DNA of 64,000 nucleotides from a bacterium (GTDB lineage Bacteria; Muiribacteriota; UBA6191): NCBI GenBank assembly GCA_036339875.1, contig JAYZAC010000095.1, positions 10,046 to 74,045 of the forward strand, read 5' to 3'. Shown piece by piece: positions 57,997 to 64,000 of this stretch (position 1 is its first letter; each line of letters starts with the position of its first letter). The notes under the pieces were generated by a model. It saw only the letters and a program-made list of their open reading frames with translations, ran no database searches and was not told where the DNA came from. The position numbers and the translations under genes were made by a program.

Positions 57997-59292
57997 TCAC
58001 ATAGCGCCAGTGCGCTTAAAAATAGCTGGTATTGTTCTCACTATGATGTACAAATCAAAAAGTATGCCCCGGTTTTTCAAATAAAAAAAATCATATTTTA
58101 AATGATCATGAATCGGTTGCTTCCTGCCATAGATTTGCCACAATCCAGTTAAACCTGGCTTGATTAATGAACGTTTCCAATGCCTAGACTCATAATTTTC
58201 AGCTACAACTTCAATTAGTTCCGGACGAGGGCCAACAAGACTCATCTCTCCCTTGATAATATTCCATAACTGAGGCAATTCGTCGATGGAAGTTCTGCGC
58301 AAAAGCCATCCATATCTCGTGAGTCTCGTATCCTTTACGCCCTTAGACTTAACAAAACTTTGATCTGACCGATCAGGTCTCATACTACAAAATTTAATAA
58401 TCGAAAAAACCTTACCAAACTGACCAACCCGAGACTGTCTGTAAAATACTCGTTCCTGATTAAGCTTTAGCAAGATAGCCACACATAGTATTAAAGGAAT
58501 CCAGATAGGTCCTGAAATAATCAATAATATTAAATCAGTTAACCGTTTACCTCTATCCGAATACTCCAAACAGTTGGGTTCTCGTAAAAATTGCATAATA
58601 TAGTTCTCATATTTTTCAAAATCAGAATCATTATTAAACAGCATCGAAATACTTGACATGTCTTTTATTTGAGTTGAAAGACGAGCTTGATCAACAAAAG
58701 CTTCCAATTTCTTCAAATCAAATTCGTCTAATCCACAAATCAATATTTCATCCGGCTCAAGACGCTGCAAAAATTTGATACCAGCTTCAATATTCATCTC
58801 TAGCAATTCTTCAGCATTCATAAATACAAACTTTAAATCTCGCAATCGGCAAAATGATTTAAAGGAATGGAAGAAGCTCTTTTTACCTAAAGTTATAACT
58901 TTCCTAGCTCTGGTTCTTTCACTCGAGATAAATAATTCGAAAATCGCATAAAACAAAAAACTCAGAAATATAAAGAGCAATAAAAACGAGCGTGAGAAAA
59001 GATGAAATTGCTGATAGAAAGCTATCATACTTGCTACCGCCAATAAAACGACATGGATTAAAACGCCTTCACTGATCCGACTATTTAATGTTTTTTTCAT
59101 CCAGCTTCTAGAAAAAATCCCTCGCCAGTAAAACATAAATAAAAACAGTGGAAGAATGTTTATCAGGAATCCCGTATAGCCATTAAATTTAGATGGACCA
59201 TCAAGATAAATTGCCAACCATTCTTGTCGAAAATAATAAGCAATTAAGAAAGCTACAGTTACTGATAATATTCGGACAAGGATCGCTATCAT
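57997..59292 (-). CDS. polyprenyl-phosphate sugar-1-phosphate transferase (WbaP/PglC-type bacterial sugar transferase)
   Basis: N-terminal TM helices and a C-terminal Bac_transf domain (RVFYRQSRVGQFGKVFSIIKFCSM...DELPQLWNIIKGEMSLVGPRPE...KPGLTGLWQIYGR). Confidence 0.8.
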   Translation of the reverse strand: MIAILVRILSVTVAFLIAYYFRQEWLAIYLDGPSKFNGYTGFLINILPLFLFMFYWRGIFSRSWMKKTLNSRISEGVLIHVVLLAVASMIAFYQQFHLFSRSFLLLFIFLSFLFYAIFELFISSERTRARKVITLGKKSFFHSFKSFCRLRDLKFVFMNAEELLEMNIEAGIKFLQRLEPDEILICGLDEFDLKKLEAFVDQARLSTQIKDMSSISMLFNNDSDFEKYENYIMQFLREPNCLEYSDRGKRLTDLILLIISGPIWIPLILCVAILLKLNQERVFYRQSRVGQFGKVFSIIKFCSMRPDRSDQSFVKSKGVKDTRLTRYGWLLRRTSIDELPQLWNIIKGEMSLVGPRPELIEVVAENYESRHWKRSLIKPGLTGLWQIYGRKQPIHDHLKYDFFYLKNRGILFDLYIIVRTIPAIFKRTGAM

Positions 59293-59374
59293 GATTAGAT
59301 TCTTTAGTACAGTGATGAGTATAGCCTATTAAAATATTAGAACAAGCAATGATTTATCAAAAGAAAAACTCAGT

Positions 59375-59899
59375 TCAATCACTCATATAAAGCAAAGAGG
59401 GATTTAACTTAGTAAGAATTAGTGGTTCTGAAACAGAATTAAATGACCATTTATACAAGACTCTATCTAAGGTGTCCTCTGGACGAATATTCATATTTAT
59501 AGATCTTTGTGGGCTTTTCATATGGATAATCAGACTGCATCCAAAATATTTTGCAAAGTATAACCCCCAATCGAATGGGGTTCCTTTCGCAAAAGCAATG
59601 TCTCTGTAAAGATTTCGAAACTCAACGCCATTGGAGAGTAGTAGATCATCAGATATAATCAAATCTGAACAATATAGAATATAAAAACTATTTCTAAAAT
59701 CAGCCAACCATAGCGGATGATTTAAACAGAAAGATTGTATACACCAAGTATCACCACCGTGAAAATCTGGACTCCAAGTTTTACTATCTATATCAGTACT
59801 TAATAACTTGTTTGGATACAATGAGAGACTGTGACTCACTTGCAGAACTAAAGGCTTTCGTACATACCTTAATAACTTTAATATAAAATTAGCTTTCAC
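59375..59899 (-). CDS. hypothetical protein (in polysaccharide locus)
   Basis: A 174-aa ORF between the sugar transferase and the epimerase. No recognisable motif. Confidence 0.35.
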   Translation of the reverse strand: MKANFILKLLRYVRKPLVLQVSHSLSLYPNKLLSTDIDSKTWSPDFHGGDTWCIQSFCLNHPLWLADFRNSFYILYCSDLIISDDLLLSNGVEFRNLYRDIAFAKGTPFDWGLYFAKYFGCSLIIHMKSPQRSINMNIRPEDTLDRVLYKWSFNSVSEPLILTKLNPSLLYMSD

Positions 59900-59978
59900 A
59901 CCTTCGAGGATTTCATAAGTTCAATCTATGCAAAAGAGCTTATATAACCAGCCCCCAGAGCAAGATAATAGATCCCGT

Positions 59979-60950
59979 TCAAACAGAATAGTATTGCCGA
60001 TACCACGTTACAAAATTGTGAATTCCCTCTTCAATTCTCACTTTTGGCATAAATCCTAGTTTGTTTGTTGCTTTTTCAATATCCGCAGACGTTTTGGGAA
60101 CATCGCCAGGCTGAATAGGCATTAATTTTTTCTTAGCCTTACAGCCTAGCTCTTTTTCAATGCACTCAATGAAGTAACTTAATTTTTCAGTCTGATTATT
60201 GCCGAGATTAAAAACTTCATACTGATGCTCAATTTGTAAGGAAGCAATCACACCGTCTACAATATCATCTATGTAGGTAAAATCTCTGTGCATCTCACCA
60301 TGATTAAAAACTTGAATTTCGGTACCTTCTAAAATGGCCTTAGTAAATAAGAATAATGCCATATCAGGTCTTCCATAAGGCCCATAAACCGTAAAAAATC
60401 TAAGACCTGTAGTTGGCAGGCCATATAGATGGGAGTAGGTATGGGCCATTAACTCATTCGCTTTTTTGGTGGCTGCATATAAACTAATTGGATGATCCAC
60501 ATTTTGCGTCTCAGAAAAAGGATATTCTTCATTTTTTCCGTAAACTGAAGAGGAACTTGCATAAACAAGATTTTCAATTTCAAACTTTCGACAACATTCC
60601 AAAATATTCAAAAAGCCCTCTAGATTAGATTTCTGATATGCAAAAGGATTTTCAAGACTGTAACGAACACCAGCTTGGGCCGCTAAATTCAATACTTTAT
60701 TGGGAGAATCGTTTTCGAATAATGACACAAGTGCTTCTAAGTCACATAAATCCTGCTGGTAAAATTTGAAATTAGAATGTGCCTTAAGCAAATTTAATCG
60801 CGTAAGTTTTAAATTAACGTCATAATATGCGTTCAATGAATCTAGACCGATTACTCTGGCACCCAAGGCTAGAAGTTTACTCGCACAATGAAAACCAATA
60901 AACCCAGCGGCTCCAGTTACTAGAAATACTTTTCCTTCTACTGAGTTCAT
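59979..60950 (-). CDS. NAD-dependent nucleotide-sugar epimerase (UDP-glucuronate/UDP-GlcNAcA 4-epimerase-like, WbpP/TviC/CapI type)
   Basis: Rossmann LVTGAAGFIGFHCASKLLALGARVIGLDSLNAYY and catalytic YAATKKANE (YxxxK). Start assigned to the ATG at 60950 (GGAGG RBS); the track start is a TTG at 60965. Confidence 0.85.
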   Translation of the reverse strand: MNSVEGKVFLVTGAAGFIGFHCASKLLALGARVIGLDSLNAYYDVNLKLTRLNLLKAHSNFKFYQQDLCDLEALVSLFENDSPNKVLNLAAQAGVRYSLENPFAYQKSNLEGFLNILECCRKFEIENLVYASSSSVYGKNEEYPFSETQNVDHPISLYAATKKANELMAHTYSHLYGLPTTGLRFFTVYGPYGRPDMALFLFTKAILEGTEIQVFNHGEMHRDFTYIDDIVDGVIASLQIEHQYEVFNLGNNQTEKLSYFIECIEKELGCKAKKKLMPIQPGDVPKTSADIEKATNKLGFMPKVRIEEGIHNFVTWYRQYYSV

Positions 60951-60952
60951 AC

Positions 60953-62263
60953 CTATAACCTCCAATGCAAGATATTGTCGCCGAATGTTCCTAATGGAAA
61001 GAATGATTTTACATCGATCAGTACCATCCTACCGTTATTTGTACTCGCAAGTTGGTTCACAGAATCAATTGTTACACAACCCTTGTGAGGTACCGCTAAG
61101 ATAAAAGCCTCAACATCAATATGCTCCTCGGGAATGTGCGCTCCAAATATCTTTTCTATTTCGGATTCTTCCACATATGGATCTTGTGCATAAACTTTGC
61201 AAGAGAATTGTTTCAATTCCTCTATCAAATCCTTAACCTTACTATTGCGAGTATCCGGCACATCCTCTTTAAAGGTAAGACCGGATATCAGTACATTCGC
61301 ATCCTTGACTCTAGCTCCTGACTCGATTAGTTTTTTAACAGTTTGTTCCGCGACATATTTTGGCATGGAGTCATTAATCCGTCTTCCGGAGGTTATAACT
61401 TCAGGGTGATAACCTAATTTTTCAGCTTTATGAGTTAGATAATAAGGGTCGACACCAATGCAATGACCACCAACCAAACCCGGACTTAATTTAATAAAAT
61501 TCCATTTAGTACCAGCGGCTTCTAATACTTCACTCGTATCTAGATTCATTTTTTCAAAGACAATTGCCAATTCGTTTATCAGAGCTATATTGACATCCCT
61601 CTGAACATTTTCAATAACTTTAGCAGCCTCGGCAACTTTGATACTACTCGCTTCATAAACGCCAGCCGTAACTACTTTATTGTATACCTGACTAATTAAT
61701 TTCAGGCTATCCGAGTTATCCCCTGCTACGATCTTTAAAATTGATTCAAAAGATCTAGATTTATCGCCAGGATTAATTCTTTCTGGTGAATATCCTAGGT
61801 GAAAATCCTTCTTGTGTAAGTAACCGTAGCTTTCTAGAATCGGTTTACAAACTTCTTCCGTTACACCAGGGTATACCGTCGATTCATAAACCAGAACTGC
61901 ACCTTTCTTCAAGTTTTGAGCTATCGCTTCTGTGGCACCAATTACTGAATCCAGATTAGGTGTTTTTGCATCATCTATGGGTGTTGGCACTGCAATAATA
62001 ACTAAATCACACTGCGCTAAGTCGTTAGCACTGGAGGTAAATAAAGACTTCGATTCACGAACTCGATGATTCCCAACTTCATGGGTCTCATCAATTCCAG
62101 CCTTCAGATCTGCAATTTTCTTCTCTGATATATCAAAACCAATCATCGAAAAATGCTTTTCAAATGACAAGAGTAGTGGAAGTCCAACATAACCGAGACC
62201 GACAACTCCAATTTTACGCTGGCCACTAGTAAAATCTTTCAAGGTAAATTGTATTTCATTCAC
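60953..62263 (-). CDS. nucleotide-sugar 6-dehydrogenase (UDP-glucose/UDP-GlcNAc 6-dehydrogenase family, TviB/WbpA-like)
   Basis: N-terminal IGVVGLGYVGLPLLLSF Rossmann motif, catalytic Cys region GGHCIGVDPYYL, C-terminal UDP-binding domain. 436 aa. 2 nt from the epimerase start. Confidence 0.85.
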   Translation of the reverse strand: MNEIQFTLKDFTSGQRKIGVVGLGYVGLPLLLSFEKHFSMIGFDISEKKIADLKAGIDETHEVGNHRVRESKSLFTSSANDLAQCDLVIIAVPTPIDDAKTPNLDSVIGATEAIAQNLKKGAVLVYESTVYPGVTEEVCKPILESYGYLHKKDFHLGYSPERINPGDKSRSFESILKIVAGDNSDSLKLISQVYNKVVTAGVYEASSIKVAEAAKVIENVQRDVNIALINELAIVFEKMNLDTSEVLEAAGTKWNFIKLSPGLVGGHCIGVDPYYLTHKAEKLGYHPEVITSGRRINDSMPKYVAEQTVKKLIESGARVKDANVLISGLTFKEDVPDTRNSKVKDLIEELKQFSCKVYAQDPYVEESEIEKIFGAHIPEEHIDVEAFILAVPHKGCVTIDSVNQLASTNNGRMVLIDVKSFFPLGTFGDNILHWRL

Positions 62264-62314
62264 AAAGACCGCCTTAATAAATCTATGCTAATTAATTTGA
62301 CCTTGTAGGAAGTA

Positions 62315-62399
62315 CGGAGAGACGGGGATTCGAACCCCGGGTAGGTTGCCCTACACACGCTTTCCAAGCGTGCTCCTTAAGCCACTCGGACACCTCTCC
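62315..62399 (-). tRNA. tRNA-Ser (anticodon GGA), type II with long variable arm, no encoded CCA
   Basis: Folded by hand. Acceptor GGAGAGG/TCTCTCC with discriminator G. D arm GTCC-GAGTGGCTTAA-GGAG. Anticodon stem CACGC, loop TTGGAAA (anticodon GGA). Variable arm TGTAGGGCAACCTACCC. T arm CGGGG-TTCGAAT-CCCCG. Confidence 0.8.
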
Positions 62400-63854
62400 C
62401 TAATTGACTTTTTCCCCAAAGTAAAAGACACCGCCATCGTTGTCAACGACTGTCAAAAAAAACAGTCCCGGCTGAGGAATCTCAAAACTATCAGAATACC
62501 TCGTAAACTTCAAAGCCTTTTTTACAGGCTCAAGAAATATCGAGCGTTGTCCAAAATAAACCTTTACTATCATAGGTTTTTTTAATTCGAGAGTTAACCT
62601 AATTTCTTCCGGACGATTTTCTAATTTCGACTTATAGAACTTTATGCCAACCTTATTAATTTGATCGTATATTTTTGATCTTGCTACGTGTTGAAATCGA
62701 TTATTTGATTCGTTAGAAAATAAAAGTATCTCTTGGCTTTCTTTTCCAATTAAATTAAAAGCCTTACAAGCTATCATAGAAGGATAAAGAGCTTTAAATC
62801 GCTGGCTATCCAAAGGCAATATCATACTATAAATACCATCACCTGAAGTCAGATCACCTGATATTTGTCGTCCTACGATTTCTGGTTTCAAGTCCTCAAT
62901 TGAGCCATCATCTAAAGGCTCAAAATCAAAGCTCCTCTTTCCAGTACTATAAAGCTCACACCTTATTTTATCGATAGGCTTACCGCCAGCTTCATTGACC
63001 TTAAAATCAATTTTGAGTAAATCGCCTGGCTCAGATAAAAATCCTTTAATTCTTGAGTCTAAATTCATAACTGAATAAGATTCGATAACAGGATATTGTA
63101 AATTTCCCAAGACCTGATCACGAATCTCTAACTCATTGATCACACCATTATTATCGTTATCAGTATCGTGACCATCTTCTGAATCTTCTATACCATCATT
63201 ATCATCATCGCGATCATTAATATCATAGATACCGTCATTATCATCATCGCGATCTTCCATGTCTGAAATTAAATCATTATCCCAATCAAAGCGACTGTAA
63301 AACCTATTCTGATTATCACGTCCGAATACAATCCCATGATGATAAATTTCTATTTTTCCATCTGCATGAAATGTTTTCTGCCAAGAGCCGTAATCCCATC
63401 GCGTCCCTTGACCCCAACCACCTACAGCTTTCAAATACCAAACTCGTGGATTTGAGGGAATTCGGTGATCATTACCTACCCATTGAATCTCTAGCTTAGT
63501 TTGCTCTCCTTTTTTAACCACGAAAGTACCGCTGAACTCAGATTCAGACTTGGAATTCAATAATTTGATTTGGTATCTATTTTCAGGTACATCTTGCCAC
63601 AGTAATGAGTCTTTACCTATTTTCTGCGTTCGTTTAAAGTGACGCCCACGCACCTGAATGACAAAATTCTCAATTTCCAAAAAGTTCGTATCAGTATTAT
63701 GAGTATTAACTTTTAATGCGATCCGTAAGCTTCCAGACCGCTTTTTGATTTTATGAGAGTAAGAATCTCCGTAGAGCGTTGAACCAATCGTCAATATAAA
63801 GACTAAATAAGTTATTAAGAAATTATTCTTCGTCAAGATCGATCTGGATATCAT
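62400..63854 (-). CDS. secreted protein with thrombospondin type-3-like Asp-rich calcium-binding repeats
   Basis: Signal/TM N-terminus. DRDDDNDGIYDINDRDDDNDGIEDSEDGHDTDNDNNGV encoded by a 39-bp tandem DNA repeat (63196-63254). The stop abuts the tRNA-Ser 5' end. Confidence 0.55.
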   Translation of the reverse strand: MISRSILTKNNFLITYLVFILTIGSTLYGDSYSHKIKKRSGSLRIALKVNTHNTDTNFLEIENFVIQVRGRHFKRTQKIGKDSLLWQDVPENRYQIKLLNSKSESEFSGTFVVKKGEQTKLEIQWVGNDHRIPSNPRVWYLKAVGGWGQGTRWDYGSWQKTFHADGKIEIYHHGIVFGRDNQNRFYSRFDWDNDLISDMEDRDDDNDGIYDINDRDDDNDGIEDSEDGHDTDNDNNGVINELEIRDQVLGNLQYPVIESYSVMNLDSRIKGFLSEPGDLLKIDFKVNEAGGKPIDKIRCELYSTGKRSFDFEPLDDGSIEDLKPEIVGRQISGDLTSGDGIYSMILPLDSQRFKALYPSMIACKAFNLIGKESQEILLFSNESNNRFQHVARSKIYDQINKVGIKFYKSKLENRPEEIRLTLELKKPMIVKVYFGQRSIFLEPVKKALKFTRYSDSFEIPQPGLFFLTVVDNDGGVFYFGEKVN

Positions 63855-64000
63855 CTAAGTTTAGCTCTTCGCCCAAATCATCAGTGGAGTCCGATTCATC
63901 CAAATCTAAAACCGTATCATCGACATCAATTACAATATCCTGATTTTCCTCAAGATCAATTTCTATATCATCTATATCGAGAACATTATCTTCGACTGTC
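63822..64000 (-). CDS. partial ORF (C-terminal part; start beyond window end), highly acidic D/E/I/L-rich repeat protein
   Basis: Open minus-strand frame from the window end to the TAA at 63822-63824 (...DIDDIEIDLEENQDIVIDVDDTVLDLDESDSTDDLGEELNLDDIQIDLDEE). Overlaps the start of the downstream gene by about 30 nt. Confidence 0.25.

Noticed and set aside
62346-62585. 79-aa plus-strand ORF
   Set aside because: It overlaps the tRNA-Ser gene and the 3' end of the TSP3-repeat gene antisense, so it is spurious.
1-64000. CRISPR arrays, rRNA genes, IS elements/transposases, integrases, prophage genes
   Set aside because: I scanned both strands for regularly spaced direct repeats, rRNA-like conserved blocks, transposase or integrase motifs (DDE, tyrosine recombinase RHRY) and phage structural genes. 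None was found. The only tandem DNA repeats are the short in-gene repeats reported above.

Overview
This is an AT-rich bacterial chromosomal segment with about 60 protein-coding genes, mostly on the minus strand, plus one tRNA-Ser(GGA). I see no rRNA, CRISPR array, IS element or prophage. The housekeeping core is clear. It includes ffh-rpsP-KH(ylqC)-ylqD-rimM-trmD-rplS, followed by a single ORF that fuses the ribosome-biogenesis GTPase RbgA/YlqF to the endoribonuclease YbeY and by two CorC/HlyC paralogs. Other housekeeping genes are fmt with a divergent RNase R, radA, ychF, tpiA, prs, trmL, mazG, pheS, a ROK kinase, class-II glyQS and the divIVA-yggT-yggS cluster. A small polysaccharide locus (WbaP-like sugar transferase, NAD-dependent epimerase, UDP-sugar 6-dehydrogenase) abuts the tRNA-Ser. 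The most unusual region is a minus-strand run of five secreted or membrane proteins at 4079..14770. It holds a PilX-N-like anchored protein, a 308-aa secreted protein, and three tandem paralogous large secreted proteins of 744 to 1063 aa with a gluzincin (M30 hyicolysin-like) core. Only one of the three keeps an intact HExxH. All three end in the same roughly 105-aa C-terminal module that I cannot assign to a named sorting-signal family. It consists of a poly-Gly linker, an invariant Cys in CF(I/L)A(T/S)A, a conserved amphipathic segment (FRD...G.K.V..YY..SP..A..I), a two-part hydrophobic anchor and a basic tail. Other accessory-looking items are a HEAT-repeat adenylate/guanylate cyclase, a stand-alone ClpB-D2-like AAA+ protein next to MazG, and a plus-strand run of hypothetical genes at 44917..53774 (PilM/FtsA-like, HEAT, PHP/TrpH, two giant TPR proteins with a central TM, a small secreted protein). 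I also note Met/Gly-rich and Asp-rich (TSP3-like) repeat proteins with matching tandem DNA repeats. All calls rest on reading motifs in the supplied translations; no database search was possible.
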